Positions 13,521-27,163 of a DNA stretch of 64,000 nucleotides are shown here, in pieces. The notes beneath the pieces were generated by a model. That model was given only the letters and a program-made list of their open reading frames with translations, made no database searches and had not been told where the DNA came from. Source of the DNA: Octopus sinensis (lineage: Eukaryota); NCBI RefSeq assembly GCF_006345805.1, contig NC_043020.1, positions 8,928,001-8,992,000 of the forward strand, read 5' to 3'. Numbering within the stretch: the first letter of the stretch is position 1; every line of letters begins with the position of its first letter. The translations under genes were made by a program, and so were the position numbers.

Positions 13521-14199
13521 TGGGAAAGGGACACGGGTGGGGACATGGGAAGGAGATATGTTATTCAGCACCTGAAAAAGTTTCCATGATCATTTGATAA
13601 CAGACATGTCATATACATATAGATATATGTATATGTATGTATGTGTTGGAGTCTATGTGTTTATGTTGTATTTGTCCCTGCCTCCCCTCTTGACAACTAG
13701 TATTGGTTTGTTTATGTCCCCATAACTTAGCAGTTTGGCAAACTAGACAGATAAATTAAATACCAGACTTCAAAAAATAAGATTTTTACCAACAACTTGC
13801 AGATGCAAGTGATACCAGTTGAAAGCTCTGCATACCAGATGCTAGCAAGTTTATGGAGTCGTCAAGAGAGAATGCACACCATTTCAGGGCCTTCCTCTCA
13901 CCAGCATCACTGCACACTGGCACCCCCTCACTGAAATGAGGCCCTGCTTGCCAGATCAACTGGTCATCAGATTTCACTCAATATGGGCATGGCTGTGTGG
14001 TTAGGGAGCTTGCTTCCTAGCTACATGGTTTCGGGTTCAGTCCCACTGCGTGTCACTTTGGGTAGGTGTCTTCCACTATAGCCCCGAGCCGACCGGAGCT
14101 TTGTGATTGAATTCGGTAGGTGGAAGTTACTGCCGTGTGTGTATGTGTGCGTATAGCTGCTCAGTGCCTCTCCGAAGAGAGAGAGAGGGATTCTTCTAG

Positions 14200-14480
14200 C
14201 CATCGCTCATCGTCTCTTTTTAACCAAATCCAGTGGCTTGCCTTCTCCGCTGTAGTCTGTATATCGCTCATGGCAGTATTTGCTTTACAATAATTTAGGC
14301 CTTAAGCAACAACAACCACCACCTGTCTCACACTCTGTCCAATGAATCCCCAACATCCAACTTCAATTGGAAAATGCTCTGCTTTCCAACCCGCATTTTC
14401 ACATTCCTTGAGGAGGTTTTCATAATGGCCAATCTTTCGAGCCTGAGCAGCATCCATGTTATCTTCATGAGGAAGATAAA
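14200..14480 (-). mobile_element. HERO-like RLE retrotransposon 3' fragment
   Basis: LPHEDNMDAAQARKIGHYENLLKECENAGWKAEHFPIEVGCWGF matches the HERO C-terminal pattern (PWEE..AHERK..Y..L..EC...GW....PIEVGCRGF). Confidence 0.7.
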
Positions 14481-15354
14481 CCCTTCGAAGTAGTGCACCA
14501 GCATGGTCACCATCTGGAACAAGTGGAACATCCGGAACCATCTGGAACAGCTGGAACAAGTGAAAAATGAAAGGTAAAGGCACCACCGTCAAAGATGATG
14601 GTGGTGGAAGCGGTGGTTGGGCTGTTGCTAATAAACTCTTTCCACTGTTCCTTTACCTTTTAATTGTTTCAGTCATTAGACTGTGGTCATGCTGGGGCAC
14701 CACTTTGAAGAAATTTTAGCCAGGTGAATTAACCCCAGCACTTGTTTTTTTTTTAAATCTGGTATTCATTCTTTTGGTCCTGCTTGCTGAAACACTAAGT
14801 TATATGGATGTGGATGGAAGCACTCCGTCGGTTACGACGACGAGGGTTCCGGTTGATCCGAATCAACGGAACAGCCTGCTCGTGAAATTAACGTGTAAGT
14901 GGCTGGGCACTCCACAGACACGTGTACCCTTAACGTAGTTCTCGGGGATATTCAGCGTGACACAGAGAGTGACAAGGCCGGCCCTTTGAAATACAGGTAC
15001 AACAGAAACAGGAAGTAAGAGTGAGAGTAAGTTGTGGTGAAAGAGTACAGCAGGGATCACCACCATCCCCTGCTGGAGCCTCGTGGAGCTTTAGGTGTTT
15101 TCGCTCAATAAACACTCACAACACCCGATCTGGGAATCGAAACCGCGATCCTATGACCGCGAGTCCGCTGCCCTAACCACTGGGCCATTGCGCCTCCACT
15201 ATATGGATGTAAACACACCAACACTGGTTGTCAAGTGGTGGCAGAGAACACCAGTTGTCAAGTGGCACAAACACATTCATGCACGCACACACACACACAT
15301 ACACACAAGAAATGGATACACACACACACACACACATACACACAAGAAATGGAT

Positions 15355-15385
<31 letters not shown>

Positions 15386-15935
15386 TATATATAACAAGCT
15401 TCTTCCAGTCTCTGTCAACCAAATCCTTTCACAAGTTTGGTTGGCCCAAGGCTATAGTGGAAGACACTTACCCAAGGTGCCACACAGTGAGACTGAACCC
15501 AGAACCATATGGATGGAAAGCAAATATCTTAGCTCACAAATGTTTCTAAAAATGCCAAGTCTGGTTGCATTATTGATGAACATTACTGGTTCTGGACAAA
15601 GTCTTCAAACACAGAAGTATCATCAGACAGTTTTGTTTGAGGTACGTGAACGTATTAAGAATCCAGTCATTCAGTGTCTGAGCATTGCTAAGTTGCAGTG
15701 TATATATATATATACATATACACACATATATACATATATATATATGCTTACATACATGCATATATACATACCTACCTACCTATCTACATACCTACATACA
15801 TACATACATACATACATACATACATACATACATACATACACTCACATACATACATACTACATACATACACTCACATACATACATACATACATACATACAC
15901 TCACATACATACATACATACATACATACACTCACA

Positions 15936-15968
<33 letters not shown>

Positions 15969-16079
15969 GCATACATACATACATACATACATACACTCAC
16001 ATACATACATACATACATACATACATACATACATACATACATACATACACTCACATACATACATACATACATACATACA

Positions 16080-16111
<32 letters not shown>

Positions 16112-16194
16112 CACACACTCACACATACATACATACATACATACATACATACATACATACAACACTCACATACATACATACATACATACATACA

Positions 16195-16226
<32 letters not shown>

Positions 16227-16574
16227 CACACACTCACATACATACATACATACATACATACATACATACATACATACAGTGTCTGAGCATTGCTAAGTTA
16301 CCAAGTATTGTCATGCACAAACAAGACCAATCTGATTCTCAGCCAAGTTTACCGGGAGGATCGTTTTCCATTGGTCAGAAAAAGTAGGCAGTTTTACCAA
16401 TGATGGAACTGAAAGTGAAAGTAAATGTATTGTGCAGCAGATTGGAATTGCTAAAGTGCGACAGTTTTCTCTTCAGCTAAGCTTTTATCAACCTCTTCAG
16501 GTTCCACTTGAGGAAGCTGAGGGTGGAAATGGAGTGTAATCTTTCAGTGGATTTCATGAAAGTTTGGTGAGCCC

Positions 16575-17059
16575 TTTCTCCCCAGAACCAGAGTGTCTTC
16601 CCACTGAAATTTCCTCCTTGCTCAAGTCCATCTTGTGGCTGGACCTCCTCCAAGAAATACACCTATTAGTCTAACACAGCCAGGAGAGGGCACTTACCCT
16701 TGGTGGTCAGAGTATTCCTGGATCAGTGGGGTTCCTTGATTGGCCATTCTTAAATAACAAAATGGAGATTTCAGTGGAAATACCCCTTAAAAATCTTGAA
16801 TGGATGGTTACTGCATTTCTCCCCAGAACCAGAGTGTCTTCCCACTGAAATTTCCTCCATGCTCAAGTCCATCTTGTGGCTGGACCTCCTCCAAGCAATA
16901 CACCTATTAGTCTAACACAGCCAGGAAAGGGCACTTACCCTTGGTAATCAGAGTATTCCTGGATCAGTGGGGTTCCTTGATTGGTCATTCTTAAATAACA
17001 AAATGGGACCTTTCAGTGGAAATACCCCTTAAAAATCTTGAATGGATGGTTACTGCATT
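16575..17059. repeat. 241-bp tandem duplication of unique sequence
   Basis: Second copy starts at 16816; few substitutions. Confidence 0.9.
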
Positions 17060-17463
17060 CCTTCACTTGAGGTATTTAATGAGCCGCTGGATAGGGATCA
17101 GCCCCAACCAGCTTTACCCCTATTTCAGTCTGTCCCCATTTTCTTGAAAAAAAAAAAAAAGAAAAGACAAAAACAAAATATAAAAGCAACAACAACAAGA
17201 ACACCAAAAGGTTCAAATTATTTCAAATAAGGCTGCAGGAAATTAAACCATTCTGTTGTTTAACATCTTTGAAACGTATGTTTGGTAAGAAAACCTGGGA
17301 GGATAAACATTTGGAAGATAGAGTTATGTAAGGAGACATTTACATCTACACACACACACACACACATGCACAAACACACACACACACACACATATGCACA
17401 CACACACACACACACACACATGTACATACACACACATACATGCACAAACACACACATGCACAA

Positions 17464-17496
<33 letters not shown>

Positions 17497-17667
17497 CACA
17501 CAAACACACACTCACACACGCACACACACACACACAAACACATGCACAAACACACACACATGCACACACACACACACACACATACACAAACACACACACA
17601 CACACACAAACACATGCACAAACACACACACACACACACAAACACACACTCACACACAAACAAACAC

Positions 17668-17702
<35 letters not shown>

Positions 17703-17916
17703 AACACACACACGCATGCATACACACACACACACACACATGCACAAACATACACACGCATGCATACACAGCATTTGCATAAACACATTAATACGTACAT
17801 CTGTGCATTTTTATGACAGTGTATATATAATATAGACGTGTACACATAGGTATACACCCACTTATTCATCATTTTGTGAGTGTGTGTGTATATATATACA
17901 TATATATATATACATG

Positions 17917-17948
<32 letters not shown>

Positions 17949-18078
17949 TGTATATGTATGTATATACAACATGTATATGCATTTATGTATAAAAGTTAAT
18001 GTATATATGTATATGAATATATGTATGTGTGTGCATGTGTATATACACACACACACACACACACGCTACATATGTGAA

Positions 18079-18115
<37 letters not shown>

Positions 18116-18388
18116 GATCCACACCTACTCATTCCTTATTTTGTATTTATACATACACATGCATGTATATATATATATATGTGTGCATGTTTAGACACAC
18201 ACATATATGCACACAATACCTACACACACACACAACATAAATATAAACACATCCATCCAAACCTATAACCGTACATCTGTACATACATACGTACATCTGT
18301 GAATACTACAGAGTCGTACACACTTCTTCGTGCATCACTGTATAAATGTATATGTATACATACACGCATATACACGCATGTACGTATG

Positions 18389-18425
18389 TATAAATACAGC
18401 ATCAACAGTGCTGTCAATCAGATTG
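18389..18425 (+). promoter_or_regulatory. Candidate TATA + Initiator core promoter
   Basis: TATAAATA at 18389-18396 and TCAGATT with the A at 18420, 31 nt downstream of the TATA start (canonical spacing). Confidence 0.5.
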
Positions 18426-18603
18426 AAGTCCCAGCGTCTTCACGTGAAGAAGCGAACAGAGAAACAAAGAGAGTGAGAAACTAGCAGACGATTTGGTTCC
18501 AGCGCCATCAGAAGAAATCGAAAAAAGCAGAAAAAGAAGAAAAAAAACGTTCCTTATTCACACTTCTTCATTTGCATCTTCTTCTTGTTCTTATTAACTT
18601 TTG
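18420..18603 (+). other. Candidate non-coding first exon (5' UTR)
   Basis: Unique sequence with no ATG, from the Inr to a consensus donor TTTG|GTAAGT (intron starts 18604). Confidence 0.45.
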
Positions 18604-19165
18604 GTAAGTACATCCATTTTTTTTTTTGGTTGAATTTTTTTCAAATTATATCTTTATACATTTGCGACTGTACCCTGAGAAGCTTGTTTCTAAACCACAT
18701 GGTTCTAGGTTCGATTCCACTGCATAGTAGCCTTGGGCAAGTGTGCCCTAATATAACCCTGGGCTAACAAAAGCCATGTGGGTGGATTTGACTGATGGAA
18801 ATACATACATACATACATACATACACATACATACACACATACATACATACATAAATACATACATACATACACACACACACACATACATACATACATACAT
18901 ACACACACACATACATACACACATACATACATACATACATACATACATACATACATACACACACACATACATACACACATACATACATACATACATACAT
19001 ACATACATACATGCATACATACACACATACATACATACATACATACATACACACACACATACATACATACATACATACATACATACATACATACACACAC
19101 ACATACATACATGCATACATACATACATACATACATACATACATACATACACATACATATATATG

Positions 19166-20313
19166 TACAAGGGCGTACCCAAAAGAAACCAGAATTTTGC
19201 AATATTATTTCATTTACTTAATTTTACATGTTTACACTTTATTGCCTTCAAATTATTCTCCATTTCAAGCAATGCATTGGCCCAGGTGCGTTTCCCACCC
19301 ACTGTTGGAAACAGTCCTGGAACTCTTACAAAGTGTTACCTTTTAATGACTGTCCTTTTTTTGACACCTCTTCCACATCTGCAAAACATTTTCTTTTAAG
19401 GACTTTTTTCATTTGGGCAAACAGTAAACAATCGCAGGGAGCAGGATCGGGTGAATAGGAGGAGTGGATAAGCAGGGTCATGCCATTTTTGGCAAAAACT
19501 GTCTCAGACTGAAGGCGATGTGCATTGTTGTGATGAAACCCACCACTCCCCACTTTGCCACAGGTCAGAGCATTTTCATCTCACCATGTCTTGCAAACAC
19601 TTCAGAACAGCCTAGTAAAATGTCTGGTTAACAGTTTGACCAGGAGGAATACATTTTGTGTGGACAATTCCTTTTGCATCGATGAAACAAGTCAGCATTG
19701 TTTTGATATTGGACTTCACTTGAAAAAGATTCGGATCAACTTCTTTCAGTTCATGACATGCATTCAGTTGTGACTACTTTTGATCTTCCGTGAGCAAGCA
19801 AGGCAGCACAAATTTTGATACAATTCATTGGCAGGAGCTCCAGGACACATCAGTCATATCAACAAGTTCATGAATTTTTCAGTGATGGGCCTCCAAGATC
19901 AGTTCATGAATTTTTGTGATGTTTTCTTTCATTCAGGAGGTCCTGGGTCGCCCTGAACAAGGTTGGTCTTCAAACAACAAATGACCATTCCTAAAGCGCG
20001 AAAACCACTCATAAGCTTGTGTTTTGATCATGGCAGCATCCTTGTAAGCTGTTTGAAGCAGGACAACTGTTTCGGCTGCCATTTACCCCAGCAGAAAACA
20101 GAATTTCACAAAAGCAAACTGTTCTTTCGTCTCAGCCATCGCAAAAAATCAATGAACAGGGGAGAAGCACTACAAAATAAAGAAGCACCATATAGCAGTA
20201 CAACTTCACTCAATACTGCTGGTTGGTAGGCTGATGCCTGAGGGTCACATCAAGTGGCTTCTAGTAATGGAATTACAACGGCTTGTCTTATAGAAAACTT
20301 TTGGGTAGCTCCT

Positions 20314-20317
<4 letters not shown>
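19166..20317 (-). mobile_element. Degenerate near-full-length mariner transposon
   Basis: TIRs TACAAGGGCGTACCCAAAAG / CTTTTGGGTAGCTCCTTGTA. ORF 19326-19553 has HNNAH and YSPDPAPCD-type catalytic-region motifs; frameshifted. Confidence 0.85.
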
Positions 20318-20364
<47 letters not shown>

Positions 20365-20524
20365 GCATGGCTGTGTGGTAAGAAGCTTACTTCCCAACCA
20401 CATGGTTCCGGGTTCAGTCCCACTGTGTGGCACCTAGGGCAAGTGACTTCTACTGTAGCCTTGGGCAGACCAAAGCTTTGTGAGAGGATTTGGTAGATGG
20501 AAACTGAAAGAAACCAGTCGTATA

Positions 20525-20572
<48 letters not shown>

Positions 20573-20729
20573 CAGGCATGGCTGTGTGGTAAGAAGCTTA
20601 CTTCCCACCACATGGTTCCGGGTTCAGTCCCACTGTGTGGCACCTAGGGCAAGTGACTTCTACTGTAGCCTTGGGCAGACCAAAGCTTTGTGAGAGGATT
20701 GGTAGATGGAAACTGAAAGAAACCAGTCG

Positions 20730-20766
<37 letters not shown>

Positions 20767-21176
20767 TATATAAATATATATATTTGTGTGTCCCTCCACC
20801 ATCGCTTGACAACCAATATTGGTGTGTTTATGTCCCCATAACTTAGTGGTTCAGCAAAAGGTACCAATAGAAGAAGTACCAGGCTTACAAAGAATAATTT
20901 CTGGGGGGCGATTTGTTCAACAAAACTTCTTCAAGGCAATGCCCCAGCTTGGCCACAGACCAATGCCAGCAACAAATAAAAGCTAAAAGACAAAAGAAAG
21001 ACGCAACTTAACCATCTCCACCAGCCCCTTTTTATCCCCTTTGTTATGTCCAGCCCCACCCTAACCTTAACCATTATATCCAGTCCTTCCTCCTTAGAAG
21101 CAGAACATTTCCCCCACTGAAATCTCCTGTCTGTTCATATCTTTCCGGCAGTTGCTGACTTAACATGGTTGAAAGC

Positions 21177-21422
21177 CATAGTTCCCAACTGGAACCCACA
21201 AGACCCTTTTGGGTCCATATAAGATTCCTTTGGTAAAAACTGATGCGCAATAAATTGGTCAAACTTCGACAATGCACAAAATATTTTAACAATTCTTCAA
21301 TACAATTCCCTAATAATATTTGACAATAAAAACATAATAGGATTTTTTAAAACAGTAAACATTTATTAGAGCCCAGTAAAGTAAAATAATTATCAAAAGG
21401 GTCCATAGGTTAGGGACCATTG
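21177..21422. mobile_element. Decayed hAT-type MITE
   Basis: Termini resemble CAGTGGTTCCCAAC / GGTTAGGGACCATTG; internal CACAAAATATTTTAACA...ATACAATTCC is shared with 58640-58840. Confidence 0.45.
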
Positions 21423-21929
21423 GTTTACATGGAACTACATCAGAGGCATCAATCTCACCAGTCTTGAAAAGTCTGTAAAAGTGATGGACATTGCCCATGA
21501 TGTTGCTCCTTTCTTTCCACCATGTAAAAACTACAACAAAGAAAAATACAAATACAGTTTTTTTTTTAGATTTTTTTTATTAATATTCCATGCTGTAATA
21601 CATGTTGGTCTGTCTTTGGAAATTTCAGAAGTATGTAAGTTTTTATAGGAGAAGAGGTGACCAGCATTCACCTCCCTGTTCAACCCACTACACATGCACA
21701 CACAGGCACATGCACAGACACACACATACATACAGACAGACACAGATACACACACACACACAATGTACATGTAGGTGATATTCCTAGGGTCTTCCAGCAT
21801 CAGACCCCTTAGCAGTGTTGGTCAAGTCCTGGCTTGCATCTTAGCATTAACAAACCATAGCATTGCCCTCTTTAACCAAAACTTGCCCAGTATCTTTCTC
21901 TGAGATTTAGTAACAAGATGAATCCCCAT

Positions 21930-22610
21930 TCCATCTCTCTGCAGCACCAGAGTCCAAATCCCCACCTCATAGTTCCTGAAGCAGCCCACTTCAATAGGGT
22001 CACAAGTGAGCTCCCTTCAGCCTTGGTTTCTACTCTGCCTCATCAGTTCTTGGCATTTGACAAACATTCTCTTGTGGTCTTTCTCTTCATATTCTCCACT
22101 GGACAAAGTCATCTCCCACCTGATGACTAACCTTCTTGGTGAAGTCTGAGGCGATGGTTATGCATATAATGATGTGACGGAAGAAATTAAGTTGTTCCCC
22201 ATGATCTACTCTCAGCTGCCAGCCAGGGGCCACGGCAAGTACCCGCAACCCCTGATCTTGTTTCTAGCAACAAACAGAGTAATCAGATGTTTTCCTTCCC
22301 AAGTTACTGTTTACAAAACTGCAACCCCACTTCAGATGGCACCAGCAGTAATGGCCCTCAAGCAAAGCTTTGGCACAGCTGCTGAACGTGTTTTGAAGAA
22401 CATCTGTGCACTGGAAAAACGTCTGTTTTTCCAGTACACAGACAGCAGGAAAGTATTTCCCTTCTGTTCCTTCAGGAATGTTTATTAAACTTGGTACATT
22501 ATCACAGAAAGTCTGGATCAGGAATCTTATGCGAAATATGTTAACCCTGCAGAAATGCAAGAAAGCAGTCTCCCATGTCAGTGCGTTGGCAGCATTTTTG
22601 TCCATCTTTA
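21930..22610 (-). mobile_element. Degenerate HERO-like RLE retrotransposon fragment
   Basis: RIRFLIQTFCDNVPS...SSCAKALLEGHYCWCH (zinc-knuckle region), then HKRMFVKCQELMRQSRNQG*RELTCDPIEVGC in another frame. Confidence 0.65.
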
Positions 22611-24879
22611 TCTTCTGAGTTTGAGGTTAACTTTACCCTTCATCCTTTTAGAGTCGATGAAATCAACTTACATCCTCCCTGTAAAAGAGACTGATAGCAT
22701 AAGTACCAGGCTTAACAAAACATAAGTATCACGGTTGATTCACTTGACTAAAAAACCCCAAGGTTGTGCCCCAGCATGGCCGTAGTCTAATGATTGAAAC
22801 AAGTAAATGGTAAAAGATAATAGACAGCAAGTAGAGGTGGAGGAGTAAAAAAAAAAGGAGTTAGTAAGAGAAAAGGGGCAACTAATAAAAGAAACATGGG
22901 TCTAAACCAGAAAATCTCAACTGCAGTTCCCTGGGCCACATGTGACATTCAAGCACCCTTCTGGTGGGTCCTACAACAGTCTTTCCTCTATAATAAGTTT
23001 TTCTTTGATTGACTTGTGTTTTACATTTTTTTTTTTTTTTGGTGTGGCCCCTAATTGTTCCAGGTTTTGGATCTGGTCCCCAGATCTTAATAAAAAGGAT
23101 TAAGATTCACTAATCTAAACATTGTTTTGCACTTGCTGTGTCTCCTCCTTCTGTATTTTGTACCACTACTACGTGAGTGTGGGGTTAAGAAGTTCATTTA
23201 GTAACTGCATGGCTCTTTGGTCAAATGTCTTCTAGTATAGACAGTAGGCTGACCAAAGTCTTGGGGGTGAATCTGGTAACCCGAAATTGCAAGAAGCTTG
23301 TCGTGTGTGTGTGTGCATGTTTGTGTGTGTATGTTTGTGCGTGTGCGTGTGTGTGAAGGTTGGAAGAAAGATAAAAGAAAAACGTTTTATTAAGATGTTG
23401 AAACCTGTTTTGATCAGAAATAACAACAATAGTGTAACACCCAGTTAATGATGTGGATTAGAAACACTGCCAGATCAGACTGGAGTCTGGTGCAGCCTTC
23501 TGGCTTCCCAGATCCCCGGTCAAACTGTCCAACCCATGCTAGCATGGAGAACAGACGTTAAACGATGATGATGATGATGATAATGATACGAATATAAACA
23601 AATTACAGAAGACTCCCACTGATTGAAATAAAAATGATTGAAACCAAGTTTGCTCACTCATAAAACCATTACATGTAAACCGCAAGCTAATTGGTTAAAA
23701 CAGAAGTCTGATCTATGCCAGTAATATCAGTACATCTGGCAAACCGTGATGTTTAAACTGCATGTGGATTGGTCAAAACTATATTCCAAAAACTCAGCTT
23801 GTTGGAGCCAAGACGTATAAAAAGGAAGAAGTCAGTGATTTTACTACAGTTGTCAAGAACTCAATTGTCCGTTAAATATATTTTGAAATCTGATGATGAC
23901 TGTGAATGTACCAAAGCATTAATTGAACTTTATGAATATTACAAAATATTATTTTTAATGTTTAACACACTTCAACATTGTAAAAAAGTTGTTTTCTTTT
24001 AAAATACCATAATAAAAAAGGTGAAAACCAGAGCATGTTGTAACTTTATTCAACTGATATATTATTCTATATACATTCACACAAGTAGCGTGCTTACCAT
24101 CTACATGGTTCTGGGTTCAGTCCCACTGCGTGGCACCTGGGGCAAGTGTCTTCTACTATAGCCTTGGGCCGACCTAAGCTTTGTGAGTGGAAATTTGGTA
24201 GACGGAAATGGAAAGAAAGCCATTGGTATATATGTGATGATGGAAGCACTCCGTCGGTTCCGACGATGAGGGTTCCGGTTGATCCGAATCAACGGAACAG
24301 CCTGCTCGTGAAATTAATGTGTAAGTGGCTGAGCACTCCACAGACACGTGTACCCTTAACGTAGTTCTCGGGGATATTCAGCATGACACAGAGAGTGACA
24401 AGGCTGGCCCTTTGAAATACAGGTACAACAGAACAGGAAGTAAGAGTGAGAGAAAGTTGTGGTGAAAGAGTACAGCAGGGATCACCACCATCCCCTGCCA
24501 GAGCCTCGTGGAGCTTTAGGTGTTTTCGCTCAATAAACACTCACAACGCCCGGTATGGGAATCGAAACCGCGATCCTATGACCGCGAGTCCGCTGCCCTA
24601 ACCACTGGGCCATTGCGCCTCCACAGGTATATATGTATGTGTGTGTGTATGTTTGTCCTCCCTCCATTGCTTGATGACTGATGTTAGTGTGCTTGCATCC
24701 CCGTAACTTAGTGGTTCGGCAAAAGAGACCAATAGAATAAGTACTAGGCTTATAAAGAATATGTACTGAGGTCGATTTGTTCGACTAAAGGCAGTGCTCC
24801 AGCATGGCCACAACCAAATGACTGAAACAAATAAAATAGTATAAATGTATGTATGTGTATATGTCTATATGTACATTAG

Positions 24880-24915
<36 letters not shown>

Positions 24916-25719
24916 CACACACACATGTATGTATGTATATAATCTGATGATATATATAAATATATATCATCATCATAATTTGACATCCTTCTTCAACGCT
25001 AGCAGGGGTTGGACGGTTTGACAAAATCTAATGTGCTAAAGGACTGGGACAAACTTCACTGTCCGCTTTGGAATGGTTTTTACAGCATGGATGCCCGTCC
25101 TAACGCCAGTGACCTTACAGAGTGGACTTATTGCTTTTTATTTTATATGTGGCACCAGCACCAGTGAGGTGACCAAATAATTTGCAAAACAAAGACTCCC
25201 TCAACTGAAAAGGGGGAGCAGTATTGAGGAAGGTGGTTTTGTGCCATATAATGAGAGTTTAGAGCAGGGGCCTAGGGACCCCTTTAGTTATTATTTTATT
25301 CTGGTGGACCCCCATAGCCATTCTACGTTTGAAAACTGGCAACTTCTTTCAAAATTCCTATTTTGTTTCCTGCACATTCGCTTATGGAGGCTGAAGTATG
25401 TAAAATGTTAGAGAAAGAAGCTGTGAATGCATATAAGATGGACTCTCCCATCATTAGACAATGTATAAGGGTTCGATAATTGCTTACTGAACAACCACAC
25501 AGATGATTTGTTTATAGTAATCAAATGTTTGTGTACACATAAGCTCATTCCCTCCATCAGATCGACATTACCTGTACAGGTGCAATAGGTGCCACATGTC
25601 AGATATTGAAATGATTGCAGAGCAACGTGAAATGAAGTGCTTTGCTCAAGAACATAATACAATGCCTGGTCTGGGGACTGAACTCATGATCTTGCACTCA
25701 AGGTCATATACATATATGT

Positions 25720-26073
25720 GGCCGATGCCAGCGCCGCCTCGACTGGCTTCTGTGCCAGTGGCACATAAAAAGCACCATCCGAACGTGGCCGATGCCAGCA
25801 CCGCCTTGACTGGCTTCCGTGCCGGTGGCACATTAAAAGCACCAACCGATCGTGACCGATGCCAGACTCCCCTGGCACCTATGCCGGTGGCATGTAAAAA
25901 GCACCCACTACACTCATGGAGTGGTTGGCGTTAGGAAGGGCATCCAGCTGTAGAAACTCTGCCAGATCAGACTGGAGCCTGGTGCAGCCCCTGGCTTCCC
26001 AGACCCCATTCGAACCGTCCAACCCGTGTTAGCGTGGAAAACGGACGTTAAACGATGATGATGATGATGAAGA

Positions 26074-26075
<2 letters not shown>
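25720..26075 (+). mobile_element. RTE-tail SINE/repeat with internal ~60-bp subrepeats and (GAT)n end
   Basis: GGCGTTAGGAAGGGCATCCAGC...GGACGTTAAACGATGATG. Copies at ~23460-23580, 31385-31560 (-), 31795-32100 (-), 33805-33910 (-). Confidence 0.7.
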
Positions 26076-26107
<32 letters not shown>

Positions 26108-26301
26108 AGAAAACAGAGAGGTAATTAATAAATTATTATTTATTAAATAAAAAATTGACAAACATTCCTTACAGCTGTTTCAATTCCAGGCCTTCAGTAA
26201 AGTCAAATATTAACTGTAATGTTCAACATTCTTTGCATAGGTAACTAACCAGTGCTTTCATAGGATTTTGCTATCCCTGAATGAGGTTTGTAACTTTTAT
26301 T

Positions 26302-26343
<42 letters not shown>

Positions 26344-26983
26344 TGTGTATATTGTAATGGTTTTAAAATCATTAAAAAAAATATTGCCAGACCCCCTAAT
26401 AATGATGTTCCTTGCCCTTTAAATCCCTTCACAATGAACCCATTCATGGTAGAAGATATTTAAAAATAAACAACATAAATAAAAGTAATTTACTCTGTCC
26501 AAGAAATTTATCTGTTTCCCCCACTTCCTTTGCTTCTTTCTATTTTCTTTCTCAGGTTTTTCAACCTTTCACCTTTTATTTCTACTTCTTTCTTGCCTTT
26601 CCTCACTTTTTCTTTCAACCTAACATCCCATTTCTAATGTGTTATGCCATGTGGGCAGTGCCTGATGATTGTGTTAGGACGCCAGATATGTTAAAAAACA
26701 CTGTTTGGCATGTTCTTGGCACATGAAACTAATAACTAATATTATTTGATAAACACATATTGTGTTTATTAAATAATATTTATCTCTCACCAGATGGAGT
26801 ACTTTTTTGTTGATCTTACCATAACAAAACAGTACATTATATATAATTACATAATATTGAGGTTTCTGTCTTTCTTTTGTTATCTTACCATTTTTACCAA
26901 TATATATATATAATGTAAATATATATATATATATATGCATGTGTATGTATGTATATATATATATATATGTGTGTGTGTGTATG

Positions 26984-27022
<39 letters not shown>

Positions 27023-27128
27023 GTATATCCGCCTTTCACCATGTGCAACTCGTAAACACCAGTCGTCTTTTTTCTCTTTCCCTGTTGCCCGCTCTGGGAT
27101 CTTTCTTTCCTCTCTCTTCCTTCTTTAT

Positions 27129-27163
27129 GTTTCCGACGAAGAGCTCCGCTCGAAACGTCATAC
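27129..27163 (+). ncRNA. Minimal hammerhead-like motif, CCGACGA variant
   Basis: GTTT CCGACGA A GAGC-TCC-GCTC GAAA CG TC ATAC: 4-bp stem II, ACGU palindromic stem III, GUC triplet, one mismatch in stem I. Confidence 0.5.

Noticed and set aside
15540-15640. Candidate exon ending GAG|GTACGT
   Set aside because: Weak acceptor inside a SINE remnant, no recognisable protein and no linked exons.
18490-18520. IWFQ homeodomain-like peptide
   Set aside because: Preceded by an in-frame stop, with no helix 1-2 and no NRR; coincidental within the ATG-free exon.
21130-21240. Protein-like plus-strand exon (ADLTWLKAIVPNWNPQD)
   Set aside because: Lies across the terminus of a decayed hAT-type MITE; stop follows.
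22020-22050. CTGATGA...GAAA hammerhead-like matches (also ~3850, ~13960, ~29450, ~43990, ~50880)
   Set aside because: Stems I, II or III do not pair or the UH site is missing; several lie inside other TEs. Treated as chance or too decayed.
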